Positions 17,553 to 27,117 of a DNA stretch of 32,000 nt are shown here, one piece after another (position 1 is the first letter of the stretch; every line of letters starts with the position of its first letter). Both the position numbers and the translations under genes were made by a program. Source of the DNA: Synechocystis sp. PCC 6803 substr. PCC-P (GTDB lineage: Bacteria > Cyanobacteriota > Cyanobacteriia > Cyanobacteriales > Microcystaceae). The notes below the pieces were generated by a model, which saw only the letters and a list, made by a program, of their open reading frames with translations, had not been told where the DNA came from and did not search any database. The stretch covers positions 2,850,001 to 2,882,000 of the forward strand of contig NC_017039.1 in assembly GCF_000284455.1 (NCBI RefSeq), written 5' to 3'.

Positions 17553-18527
17553 TTGTTATCTTTAGCTCGCTGGCGGTATATGCTAGGGGAGTGGCCATCC
17601 AAATTTGAGGGTACGACCTTGGATCAGCAAAAAATCCTCGGCTATTTTATCGAAGAAGCTCAGGAGCATTTGGAAACCCTGGAACGGGGCATCCTTGACT
17701 TGGGTAAGGTGGTGCAGGACTCGGAACAGGTCAACGAAATGTTTCGGGCGGCCCATTCCATTAAAGGGGGGGCGGCCATGTTGGGCTACACCAGCATCCA
17801 AAAAACGGCCCATCGTTTGGAAGATGCCTTCAAGGTGTTGAAGGAGCATCAATTGCCCGTGGATCAAAAATTGGAGTCCCTATTCCTCAACGGCTACGAT
17901 GTCTTGCAGGATTTGGTGGAAAAATTGCAGAGTCCCGCTGGACTTCAGCCAGAAGAGGCAGATTCCATTGTGGATGGGGCAGCATATCAGTTTGAAGAGT
18001 TACAGAATTATCTGAATTATCTCCTCAACCAGGGCAGTGCCACGGCCACTTCTACCCAAACTATGGCGGCCAAGTCCACCAGTACAGGTACGTTCAATGA
18101 GAGTGATGTGCCGGAGGAAATTAAGGTCCTGCTACATAAAATGTTGCAGTTGTTTAAGCAGGAACCATCGGCCACTTCTCGGGAAAAACTTCAGGAATAT
18201 TGCACTCGTCTGGGTCGCCTAGCCCCCAAGCAAGAAAATTGGCAGCATTTGCTCTCCCTCAGTAAACAGGCGATCGCCAATCCATTGCATTCCTACCGTA
18301 CCTTGGCCCCGGTGGTGCTGAAGGATCTTAAACAGGGCTATGACTGTTTTGTGTTAGCCAAGCCTGGAAACATTCGGGTCAGCGATGGTCTTAAACAATT
18401 GGCCTCTAGCCAAGTGGCCCAGGTTCTCATTCCAGCAGACCCAGCGGCGGCAGCTAGCGTTCTCATGAAGGTATTCAACGACAGCCAACTGCGTCAATTG
18501 ATTAAAAATCTTTCTGCCGCCCGTTAG
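17553..18527 (+). CDS. pilL-N: Hpt-domain protein: N-terminal fragment of a CheA-like kinase, with no dimerisation, ATPase or CheW domains
   Basis: CheA-type Hpt domain: FIEEAQEHLETLERGILDL...MFRAAHSIKGGAAMLGY...TAHRLEDAFKVLKE. The phospho-His codon is at 17754-17756. The remaining ~190 aa carry no kinase motifs. The start is TTG 17553 or ATG 17580. It is recognised from memory as the split pilL N-terminal gene of Synechocystis. Confidence 0.8.
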   Translation: MLSLARWRYMLGEWPSKFEGTTLDQQKILGYFIEEAQEHLETLERGILDLGKVVQDSEQVNEMFRAAHSIKGGAAMLGYTSIQKTAHRLEDAFKVLKEHQLPVDQKLESLFLNGYDVLQDLVEKLQSPAGLQPEEADSIVDGAAYQFEELQNYLNYLLNQGSATATSTQTMAAKSTSTGTFNESDVPEEIKVLLHKMLQLFKQEPSATSREKLQEYCTRLGRLAPKQENWQHLLSLSKQAIANPLHSYRTLAPVVLKDLKQGYDCFVLAKPGNIRVSDGLKQLASSQVAQVLIPADPAAAASVLMKVFNDSQLRQLIKNLSAAR

Positions 18528-19174
18528 TTCGGGGTTTTAGACTGGATCAAATAACCACAGGTGTGTTCCCCATCATTAAGCCAATGGGTTCTTTCGATGG
18601 CACAGTCCGGCAGAATAGCGGCAAACATTTCCAACTCATGGCCACAAACGGTGGGGTAGGATTCGGCCACATCGGCGATCGCACAGTGGTGCTCCGACAA
18701 AATAAATTTTTCCGCTTGCTCCACCGAAAGGGGATGAATTTCCGCCATATAACCTTCCTGCCGCCGTAGCTCCACCAGTTTATGTACCCTTTTGGATAAG
18801 GGGCCCTGGCCAATTTGTTGGCGATAGGCTTCCGCCTTCCGTTGCCATTGTTTTTTCAACACTGCCCCCAACTGTTCTTCCCCCACTGTTTCCACCAGGG
18901 AGTCGATGAACGAAAGGGCAAATTCACCGTAACGTTGGGGAAATTGTTCCCGCCCCTGTTTACTCAACTGATAGAGAAATTGGGGTCTGCCCATGCTCTG
19001 TCTTTCCTGTTGATGCTCAATTAGGCCATCATTTTCTAAATCCTTGAGGTGCTTACGCATGGCCTGGGGACTAATGCCCAACTCTTCAGCCATGGCGATC
19101 GCCGATCCTTGCCCCTCTTTGAGGAGATAGCAGAGGATATCTTCTTTGGTGGAGTGGGAAGAACTGAGGGTCAT
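18524..19174 (-). CDS. sufR: SufR, Fe-S-cluster-sensing repressor of the suf operon
   Basis: N-terminal winged HTH (STKEDILCYLLKEGQGSAIAMAEELGISPQAMRKHLKDLENDGLI). The C-terminal four-Cys motif is HHCAIADVAESYPTVCGHELEMFAAILPDCAIERTHWLNDGEHTCGY. The ORF track extends to the ATG at 19246, but those extra 24 aa are hydrophobic and unlike the family. The ATG at 19174 matches homolog N-termini. Confidence 0.9.
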   Translation of the reverse strand: MTLSSSHSTKEDILCYLLKEGQGSAIAMAEELGISPQAMRKHLKDLENDGLIEHQQERQSMGRPQFLYQLSKQGREQFPQRYGEFALSFIDSLVETVGEEQLGAVLKKQWQRKAEAYRQQIGQGPLSKRVHKLVELRRQEGYMAEIHPLSVEQAEKFILSEHHCAIADVAESYPTVCGHELEMFAAILPDCAIERTHWLNDGEHTCGYLIQSKTPN

Positions 19175-19350
19175 GGTCAACAACAGGAGAAGGAAATTTT
19201 GGAACCGATGCGTGGCAGTCCAGTAAACTGAAAGGACAACCCCCATGCTAAGCAGGATTACCTAAATTAATTGTCGGCTAATTATCAATTAGTTAACCCT
19301 AGTCCATGGCCAAGGGACTTCCCGTAGGAGCACCGACCTTGGCACTTTGA

Positions 19351-19364
19351 CAACAATCGGGTTG
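19351..19364. promoter_or_regulatory. SufR operator-type palindrome CAAC-N6-GTTG (site 1, sufR-proximal)
   Basis: CAACAATCGGGTTG was read directly. It matches the CAAC-N6-GTTG SufR operator consensus reported for cyanobacterial sufR-sufB intergenic regions. Confidence 0.75.
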
Positions 19365-19365
19365 C

Positions 19366-19387
19366 TAATCTATTCTAGAATAGATTA
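19366..19387. promoter_or_regulatory. 22-bp perfect palindrome carrying back-to-back TAGAAT -10-like hexamers
   Basis: TAATCTATTCTAGAATAGATTA is its own reverse complement. TAGAAT lies on the plus strand at 19376-19381 and on the minus strand at 19372-19377. The palindrome sits exactly between the two CAAC-N6-GTTG sites. Confidence 0.55.
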
Positions 19388-19390
19388 AAA

Positions 19391-19404
19391 CAACTTACCT
19401 GTTG
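19391..19404. promoter_or_regulatory. SufR operator-type palindrome CAAC-N6-GTTG (site 2, sufB-proximal)
   Basis: CAACTTACCTGTTG was read directly, about 100 nt upstream of the sufB ATG. Confidence 0.75.
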
Positions 19405-19501
19405 TTTTAGTTTCGCTCCTTGAGATTTATTTCGTCCCACTGCCAATCTACCTTGCCTTGGGCAGTTCCCTATCTGAATTCCCCGGAGAACACTGCATTC
19501 G

Positions 19502-20944
19502 ATGAGTTCCACCACTGTTAAAAACCTGGTCAACCAACCCTACAAATATGGCTTTGTCACCAACATTGAAGCGGATGCTATCCCCCGTGGTCTGAGTGAA
19601 GACGTGGTGCGACTCATTTCTGCTAAGAAAAATGAACCCGAATTCATGTTGGATTTTCGCCTCCGGGCCTACCGGCATTGGCTGACCATGGCGGAACCCA
19701 CTTGGCCGGCGGTGCATTATCCCCCCATTGATTACCAAGATATTATTTACTACTCCGCCCCTAAGCAAAGTAAGAAAAAACTAGAAAGCTTAGATGAAGT
19801 GGACCCAGCTTTGTTGGAAACCTTTGAAAAATTAGGGATTCCCCTATCGGAGCAAAAACGTTTAAGTAATGTGGCGGTAGATGCCATTTTTGACAGTGTT
19901 TCCATTGGCACAACTTTTAAGGAAAAGCTAGCGGAAGACGGGGTAATTTTCTGTTCTATTTCTGAAGCATTGCAGGAACATCCCGACCTGGTGCAAAAAT
20001 ATTTGGGCAGTGTGGTGCCCACCGCCGACAACTTCTTTGCCGCCTTAAACTCTGCTGTATTTAGTGACGGTTCCTTTGTTTTTATTCCCAAAGGGGTGAA
20101 GTGTCCCATGGAATTGTCCACCTATTTCCGCATTAATAATGGGGATACGGGGCAGTTTGAGCGGACATTAATTATTGCCGAAGAAGGGGCTTCCGTTAGC
20201 TATTTGGAAGGTTGTACTGCGCCCATGTATGACACCAATCAACTTCATGCGGCGGTGGTGGAATTGGTAGCTCTAGATAATGCTGACATTAAATATTCCA
20301 CCGTACAAAACTGGTACGCTGGGGACGAAAATGGCAAGGGCGGAATTTACAACTTTGTGACTAAACGGGGTCTATGTAAAGGAGTTAATTCCAAAATTTC
20401 CTGGACCCAAGTAGAAACCGGTTCCGCCATTACCTGGAAATACCCCAGTTGTGTGCTAGTTGGGGATAATTCCGTCGGGGAATTCTACTCTATTGCTTTA
20501 ACTAACAACAAACAGCAAGCTGATACGGGAACTAAAATGATTCACATCGGTAAAAATACCCGTAGTATCATTATTTCCAAAGGCATTTCCGCTGGTAATT
20601 CCGCCAACAGTTACCGGGGTTTGGTGAAAATGGGACCTAAAGCCCAGGGCGCTCGCAATTATTCCCAGTGTGATTCCATGCTCATTGGCGATCGGGCAGC
20701 GGCTAATACTTTTCCCTATATTCAAGTGGACAATAATACCGCCAAAGTAGAACATGAAGCTTCCACTTCCAAAATTGGCGAGGATCAACTCTTTTACTTT
20801 GCCCAACGGGGAATTTCTGAGGAAGATGCGGTGTCCATGCTAGTCAGCGGTTTCTGTAAGGATGTGCTAAACGAATTACCCATGGAATTTGCGGCGGAGG
20901 CTGATAAATTACTGAGTCTCAAACTAGAAGGTACTGTGGGTTAA
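19502..20944 (+). CDS. sufB: Fe-S cluster assembly scaffold protein SufB
   Basis: 480 aa, with strongly conserved SufB/Ycf24 blocks ([67 protein letters not shown]). Confidence 0.95.
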   Translation: MSSTTVKNLVNQPYKYGFVTNIEADAIPRGLSEDVVRLISAKKNEPEFMLDFRLRAYRHWLTMAEPTWPAVHYPPIDYQDIIYYSAPKQSKKKLESLDEVDPALLETFEKLGIPLSEQKRLSNVAVDAIFDSVSIGTTFKEKLAEDGVIFCSISEALQEHPDLVQKYLGSVVPTADNFFAALNSAVFSDGSFVFIPKGVKCPMELSTYFRINNGDTGQFERTLIIAEEGASVSYLEGCTAPMYDTNQLHAAVVELVALDNADIKYSTVQNWYAGDENGKGGIYNFVTKRGLCKGVNSKISWTQVETGSAITWKYPSCVLVGDNSVGEFYSIALTNNKQQADTGTKMIHIGKNTRSIIISKGISAGNSANSYRGLVKMGPKAQGARNYSQCDSMLIGDRAAANTFPYIQVDNNTAKVEHEASTSKIGEDQLFYFAQRGISEEDAVSMLVSGFCKDVLNELPMEFAAEADKLLSLKLEGTVG

Positions 20945-21085
20945 TAATTGTCGAAGGGGGGTAACTGCTAGGTTTAAGTTTGACCTATTTTTCTCCTGAA
21001 TAATTAACTATTCTAGCCAGAGTAGAACCTAGATTTTTTCATTCTTCACCAAGCTATCTTTCATTAAGTTATTTCTGATACGTTT

Positions 21086-21856
21086 ATGAGCCAGACTATT
21101 CTTTCCATTAAAAATCTCACTGCCTCTGTTGATGGAAATCAAATTCTCAAAGGAGTTAACCTAGAAATTAAAGCAGGGGAAGTCCACGCCATTATGGGAC
21201 GCAACGGTTCTGGTAAAAGTACTCTTTCTAAAGTAATTACTGGGCATCCCGACTATGAAATTACTGGCGGTGAAATTATCTACCAGGGGCAAGATTTATC
21301 AGCTTTGGAACCCCATGAGCGGGCCTTAGCGGGAATTTTTCTTGCCTTCCAATATCCTTTGGAAATTCCTGGCGTAAGCAATTTAGATTTCCTCCGCATT
21401 GCCTATAATGCTAAACGCAAACATTTAGGTTTAGAAGAATTAGACACCTTTGATTTTGAAGATCTAATTCAAGAAAAGTTAGACGTGGTGAAAATGAATC
21501 CCGCTTTTCTAGAAAGGAGCTTAAATGAAGGATTTTCTGGAGGAGAAAAGAAGCGCAATGAAATTTTGCAAATGGCAATCCTAGAGCCAACTTTATCCAT
21601 CCTTGATGAAATTGATTCGGGGTTGGATATTGATGCCCTCCGCATTGTCTCTGAGGGGGTCAATTTTCTTAAAAATCCTGACAATGCCACCTTGGTTATT
21701 ACCCACTACCAACGCTTGTTAAATTACATTATTCCTGACCATATCCATGTGATGTATGACGGTAAAATTGTCATGAGTGGAGGCAAGGAGTTAGCCCTGG
21801 AATTGGAAGAGAAGGGGTACGATTTCCTCGATGAACAGGTTTTGGCTCCCATTTAA
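21086..21856 (+). CDS. sufC: Fe-S cluster assembly ATPase SufC
   Basis: 256 aa. Walker [13 protein letters not shown] signature [13 protein letters not shown], Walker [13 protein letters not shown], and the H-loop ITHY. Confidence 0.95.
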   Translation: MSQTILSIKNLTASVDGNQILKGVNLEIKAGEVHAIMGRNGSGKSTLSKVITGHPDYEITGGEIIYQGQDLSALEPHERALAGIFLAFQYPLEIPGVSNLDFLRIAYNAKRKHLGLEELDTFDFEDLIQEKLDVVKMNPAFLERSLNEGFSGGEKKRNEILQMAILEPTLSILDEIDSGLDIDALRIVSEGVNFLKNPDNATLVITHYQRLLNYIIPDHIHVMYDGKIVMSGGKELALELEEKGYDFLDEQVLAPI

Positions 21857-21991
21857 ACTTCTGTTTCAGCTTGGTTGCGTTATTTTCCATTCTGCTAGGC
21901 AAGTTGGCCGATCGCCAGGCATTATTGAGACAATTTGAGCTACTGCACTAACTAAACTAATCCACTTTGCCCATCTCCAAGGATACTGCCC

Positions 21992-23353
21992 ATGACCGCC
22001 GCGATTTTAGCCGATGCCCTGACTCAAAAAGTTCACCAAACAGAGATAGACAAAGAACTGCAAGCCCTTAAGGAGCAAGCCATGGTCTCCGGGACGGAGG
22101 ACTCCATTTTGGTGAATAAACGACAGGGAGCAGCCGATTTGTTGGGTAGTTTGCGGTTGCCCCATAAGCGGGATGAGGAATGGCAATTTACGGATTTAAG
22201 CGAGCTAAAAGCAATTGATTTTGTGGCCGCTGGTAAAGTTAGTCTGGATGTGGCGGCGGCGGAAAATTTCTACTTACCGGAAGCCCATCAAAGTCGCCTG
22301 GTATTTATCAATGGCTTTTTTACTCCAGAGTTGTCGAATACTAATGATTTACCCAGCGCCATTACTTGTCAATCCTGGACTAATCTTGCCGCCCATCAAA
22401 GGGAGCAGTTAGCCAACTATTTGGGGCAAAAAACGGACGGTAACGAAGTTTTTAGTAACCTTAATACTGCCGGGATGACAGATAGTGCGGTAGTCTGGAT
22501 TCCCGCCAATACTGAACTGAAAAGTCCCATCCACTTACTGTTTTTAACGGTGGTTGATCCAACCCCTATCATGGTGCAACCCCGTTTGTTAGTGGTAGTA
22601 GAAAATAACGCCCAAGTAACCATCGCCGAGTCCTACGGAGCGATCAGCACCAATTGCACGGATCGCCCGCAGCAACAGCCCTACTTTAACAACATCGTCA
22701 GCGAAATTTATTTAGGGGAAAATGCCCAGGTTACCCATATCCGTAACCAACGGGACTCCGGTGATAGCTTCCACATTGCCACCACGGCGATCGCCCAGGG
22801 GAAACAAAGTCGTTACCGATTAATTGATGTTAACTTAGGCGCAAAATTATCCCGTCATAATTTGCAAATGACACAGCAGGAAGAAGCCACGAAAACTGAA
22901 TTTTTGGCCTTAACTATCCTGGCGGGACGGCAGGTGAGCGACACCCACAGTACCATAGCTTTAAACCATCCCCATGGGGCAACCAATCAACTCCATAAAT
23001 GTATTGTGGATGAATATGCCCAGGCAGTTTTTAGCGGTAAGGTTTTAGTACCCCAGGCGGCCCAATTGACCAACGCCCAACAGTTAAACCGTAATTTGGT
23101 GTTATCTTCCAAAGCCCGTATTAATACAAAACCTGAGCTACAAATCACCGCTGATAATGTTAAATGTTCCCACGGAGCTACCATTAGCCAGTTGGAGGCG
23201 GACGAGGTCTTTTATCTCCGTAGTCGGGGCCTAAATGATTATGATGCTCGCCATTTATTGATTGATGCCTTTGCTGGGGAAATTCTGGATCAAATTCCCT
23301 TAGCCTCTTTGCAAGGACGTTTGCGGCAATGTGTTTCCTGTCGGACTATTTAG
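21992..23353 (+). CDS. sufD: Fe-S cluster assembly protein SufD
   Basis: 453 aa. The C-terminal SufB/D beta-helix core is present (TKPELQITADNVKCSHGATISQLEADEVFYLRSRGL), and the gene sits between sufC and sufS. Confidence 0.9.
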   Translation: MTAAILADALTQKVHQTEIDKELQALKEQAMVSGTEDSILVNKRQGAADLLGSLRLPHKRDEEWQFTDLSELKAIDFVAAGKVSLDVAAAENFYLPEAHQSRLVFINGFFTPELSNTNDLPSAITCQSWTNLAAHQREQLANYLGQKTDGNEVFSNLNTAGMTDSAVVWIPANTELKSPIHLLFLTVVDPTPIMVQPRLLVVVENNAQVTIAESYGAISTNCTDRPQQQPYFNNIVSEIYLGENAQVTHIRNQRDSGDSFHIATTAIAQGKQSRYRLIDVNLGAKLSRHNLQMTQQEEATKTEFLALTILAGRQVSDTHSTIALNHPHGATNQLHKCIVDEYAQAVFSGKVLVPQAAQLTNAQQLNRNLVLSSKARINTKPELQITADNVKCSHGATISQLEADEVFYLRSRGLNDYDARHLLIDAFAGEILDQIPLASLQGRLRQCVSCRTI

Positions 23354-23420
23354 TCAGTCAGCAAACTCGGTATTTTAGTTGATTTTTTAGTTAGCCTTAG
23401 TATTCTTTGATTTTTAAGCC

Positions 23421-24683
23421 ATGGTTGCTCTCCAAATTCCCAGCCTTGCCGCCACTGTCCGCCAAGATTTTCCCATCTTAAATCAAGAAATTAATGGCCA
23501 TCCCCTGGTGTATTTGGACAATGCCGCCACCTCCCAAAAACCCCGGGCTGTGCTGGAAAAATTGATGCATTACTATGAAAACGATAATGCTAATGTTCAC
23601 CGGGGAGCCCATCAACTAAGTGTGCGGGCTACTGATGCCTACGAAGCAGTTCGGAATAAAGTGGCAAAATTTATTAATGCCCGATCGCCAAGGGAGATTG
23701 TTTACACTCGTAACGCCACGGAAGCGATTAATTTGGTGGCCTATAGCTGGGGGATGAATAATCTCAAAGCAGGGGATGAAATCATTACCACCGTGATGGA
23801 ACATCACAGCAATTTAGTGCCTTGGCAAATGGTGGCGGCCAAAACCGGGGCTGTACTAAAATTTGTCCAATTAGACGAGCAAGAAAGCTTTGATTTAGAA
23901 CATTTTAAAACTCTACTTTCTGAAAAGACTAAGTTGGTCACTGTTGTTCACATTTCTAACACCTTGGGCTGCGTTAACCCGGCGGAAGAAATTGCCCAAT
24001 TAGCCCACCAAGCTGGGGCTAAAGTGTTAGTTGACGCCTGCCAAAGTGCGCCTCATTACCCTCTGGACGTACAACTAATTGATTGTGATTGGTTAGTGGC
24101 CAGTGGTCACAAAATGTGCGCTCCCACGGGCATTGGGTTCCTTTACGGCAAAGAAGAAATCTTAGAAGCCATGCCTCCCTTTTTTGGCGGCGGCGAAATG
24201 ATTGCTGAAGTCTTTTTTGATCATTTCACCACTGGAGAGTTGCCCCACAAATTTGAAGCGGGGACCCCGGCCATTGCCGAGGCGATCGCCTTAGGAGCGG
24301 CAGTGGATTATTTAACCGACTTAGGGATGGAAAATATTCATAACTATGAAGTGGAATTAACCCATTACCTCTGGCAAGGCTTGGGGCAAATTCCCCAACT
24401 GCGACTTTACGGCCCCAATCCCAAACACGGCGATCGGGCCGCTTTAGCGTCCTTTAACGTGGCGGGACTCCACGCCAGCGACGTGGCCACCATGGTGGAT
24501 CAAGACGGTATCGCCATCCGTTCCGGGCACCATTGCACCCAACCGTTGCACCGATTGTTTGACGCTTCCGGCAGTGCTAGGGCCAGTCTGTATTTCTACA
24601 ACACCAAAGAAGAAATTGACCTATTTTTACAATCTTTGCAAGCAACCATTCGCTTCTTTAGTGATGACGACTTTACCGTTTAA
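23421..24683 (+). CDS. sufS: Cysteine desulfurase SufS (group II)
   Basis: 420 aa. [11 protein letters not shown], the PLP-Lys motif [12 protein letters not shown], and the active-site loop RSGHHCTQP. Confidence 0.95.
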
Positions 24684-25863
24684 CTGCCTCAGCAAACCTA
24701 ATTTTGAGGTAATCATCCTCCATTTTTGCTCCAGCGGGACTTAGGGCCGCCAAAGCCTGGGGCAGAACCAAGTTGCGGCGATGGTTACCGATACGAACAT
24801 TTAACTCATCGCCAGTTTTATTTAGTTGAATTTGCTCTTTGGGAATACCTGGTAAATAAAGTTCTAAACTGTAATCATTGTTGCTGCCCTGAACAATGTT
24901 AATGGTGTTTTCCTTGTAGTAAACCTGGGAAGGATCTTCATCTTTGTACAAAGTGTCCTTCAGTCTTTCCAAAGCTGCTAAGCCACACATTTCTTCCGAG
25001 AATAGGGGCGCTTCCTTCACCGGCAGAGGATGGAAATTGTCATAAATTTCTTGTTTATAGACCTGTTGGTTACTTTTCCACCGTTGGAAGAAGGGATCAT
25101 CAATGGTTTCGGGCAAAATCCGGTTAGCAATGACTAAATCCGTGGATACATTGTACAAACTTAGGTAGGCATGGGCCCGCAATGATTCCTTCAACACCAT
25201 CTTTTCTGGGTTGGTCACCAAACGTACGGAAGTCTGCGTGTTATCTGTTAACACTTTTTCCAGGGCTTCAATTTGCTCATAAAATTCGTAGGGAGCATCC
25301 ATCACTTCCTTGTCGGGCAAAGAAAAACCGGCGATCGGTCTAAATAGGGGTTCCACCAATGGTCTGAGGGCCACGGACATCCCCTGTAAAGGCTTATAAA
25401 AACGTCGCATATACCACCCCCCCACTTCCGGCAAACTGAGCAGACGTAGGGCAGTACCTGTGGGAGCAGAATCGATAATCAGTACATCATAATCAGCTTC
25501 GTCATAGTGGCGTTTCATCCGCACCAGACCAAAAATTTCATCCATGCCAGGGAGAATGGCCAGTTCCTCCGCCTGTACTCCATCTAGCCCCCGGGCCTGT
25601 AATACCTGGGTAATGTAACGCTTAACTGCGCCCCAGTTGCCTTCCAACTCCATCAAAGCATCCAATTCTGCTCCCCAAAGATTCTCCTTCACCAGGCGAG
25701 GCTCATGGCCCAACTCCAGATCAAAACTGTCAGCGAGGGAATGGGCAGGGTCGGTACTCAGAACTAGGGTCTTATGGCCTAATTCCGCACAACGGAGACC
25801 GGTGGCCGCCGCAACGGAGGTTTTACCAACCCCCCCTTTACCTGTCATCAGAATTACGCGCAT
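24673..25863 (-). CDS. ArsA/Get3-family P-loop ATPase, single ATPase domain, with a C-terminal HSP20/alpha-crystallin-like domain
   Basis: The deviant Walker A is [15 protein letters not shown] and [16 protein letters not shown] are ArsA/Get3 signatures. The last ~66 aa (about 24676-24873), [41 protein letters not shown]...[13 protein letters not shown], fit the HSP20-like pattern. Confidence 0.85.
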
Positions 25864-25905
25864 GGATGGATCTGCCTAGAAAGATGAAAAATTGGAGACG
25901 GAATG

Positions 25906-27117
25906 TTACATATTGTTAACTTCCATGTTTCCATTATGCCGGGAAAGCCAGATTTCTTGCAGGGTTTTGGCATAACTTTCTAGGCTGTGGTGCCGACGGT
26001 AAGCTTGGGCCATGGCTGCTAATTGCTGATGGATGCTTGAATCGGCCAACTTTTGGTCAATTTCTGCCCATACTAGGGATTGGGCTTGCCAATCCACTAC
26101 TAAACTGTCGAGGTCGTACTGGTTTAATTCCCTGGCCATCCAGGTGCCCGGAGATACTAACGGTATTCTTTCTGCGATGATGGCTTCGGTGAAAATGCCG
26201 GAAGTCCTTTCTGCATAAGCTTCTGGATCGTAGGGTAAGAGAATAATTTGGGCTTTATTTAACCAACCGGCGTATTCTTCCCTAGTCAGGCGATCGCCAA
26301 TTAAATGAACTTCAATTCCTTCACTGTCACTTTTTAATCCGGAAGCCGCCGCCGCAATTAGTTGGAGCCTAGGTGAATTAGGCCGGGGCAATGAAACCAA
26401 ATGACGCATCACCGACCAACCTTTTTCTTCCCGAGGGGCACCGGGCCACCAGCAAAGAATGGGATCAGCTTCTGTAAATAAAGGTACAACTTCAGCAAAA
26501 TCCGTGTGGGGAATGGGCATCACGGTGAATGGTTGGCCAAAATAATCCTGGAGCGATCGCCCGAGGGGTTCACTATCGGTTAAAAATTGGCATTGGGGTG
26601 GGGGTAATAATTTCCGTAAGCGTTGGTGGAGCCAATGGTAAATAGAACGGGTTTGGTCTAGATGCACGTCCCGACGGTAGAGGATCCAAAAATGCAATCG
26701 GCTTCGGGCTTCGGGAGATAATTGCCGTAGTCCCCACCAGATAGCAAACAGTTGGAGATGGATGAACCGTTCTAAAAATAGAATAACTGGTCTACTTTCC
26801 CCATTGGTTAACAAAGATTGCAATTGTTGAGCTAAAACATCACTACATTGCATGGCTTGGGGAAGACGGGTTATTTTTGCCACCATGCTCCCCTCCGCTT
26901 CCAAATCCTCCGGCAGAAGAATTCGATGGAGGCGATCGCCAATTTCTTCTAAATTTGGATCCGCATCCTGGGGCACCCAAGCTTGATACTGCCACCCCAA
27001 ATACTCTACCGATCGCCGTACCGCCCCGTGGTAAGGCACAATATGGCCTTTCCCTCCCATCAGATGGGGTATGAGAGAAATAAATAGGGGTTGATCCCGA
27101 GAATGGTCAGAGTTCAT
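25906..27117 (-). CDS. Hypothetical protein, possibly a GT-B-fold glycosyltransferase-like protein
   Basis: 403 aa. The N-terminus, LFISLIPHLMGGKGHIVPYHGAVRRSVEYLGW, resembles the N-terminal Gly-rich loop of a GT-B enzyme. The C-terminus, QIILLPYDPEAYAERTSGIFTEAIIAERIPLVSPGTWMAREL, resembles the E-x7-E region of GT4-type enzymes. Both similarities are by eye only. Its ATG overlaps the gmhB stop (ATGA, 27114-27117). Confidence 0.6.
   Translation of the reverse strand: MNSDHSRDQPLFISLIPHLMGGKGHIVPYHGAVRRSVEYLGWQYQAWVPQDADPNLEEIGDRLHRILLPEDLEAEGSMVAKITRLPQAMQCSDVLAQQLQSLLTNGESRPVILFLERFIHLQLFAIWWGLRQLSPEARSRLHFWILYRRDVHLDQTRSIYHWLHQRLRKLLPPPQCQFLTDSEPLGRSLQDYFGQPFTVMPIPHTDFAEVVPLFTEADPILCWWPGAPREEKGWSVMRHLVSLPRPNSPRLQLIAAAASGLKSDSEGIEVHLIGDRLTREEYAGWLNKAQIILLPYDPEAYAERTSGIFTEAIIAERIPLVSPGTWMARELNQYDLDSLVVDWQAQSLVWAEIDQKLADSSIHQQLAAMAQAYRRHHSLESYAKTLQEIWLSRHNGNMEVNNM

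Noticed and set aside
19175-19246. 24-aa N-terminal extension of SufR (ORF track start at 19246)
   Set aside because: The extension (MGVVLSVYWTATHRFQNFLLLLLT) is hydrophobic and unlike SufR homologs, which begin near the STKxDIL wHTH. I kept the ATG at 19174, but the longer form cannot be excluded without start-site or proteomic data.
19347-19352. TTGACA hexamer as the -35 box for the sufB promoter
   Set aside because: It lies 23 bp upstream of the TAGAAT at 19376-19381. That is too far for a sigma-70-type 17 +/- 1 bp spacer.
19448-19768. 106-aa minus-strand ORF across the sufB start
   Set aside because: It is antisense to the highly conserved sufB 5' end and has no motifs.
24673-25863. Arsenite-efflux ATPase (true ArsA) interpretation
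   Set aside because: It has a single ATPase domain rather than the fused duplicate. No ars genes are nearby, and it carries an HSP20-like tail. A Get3-like chaperone or targeting role is more plausible.
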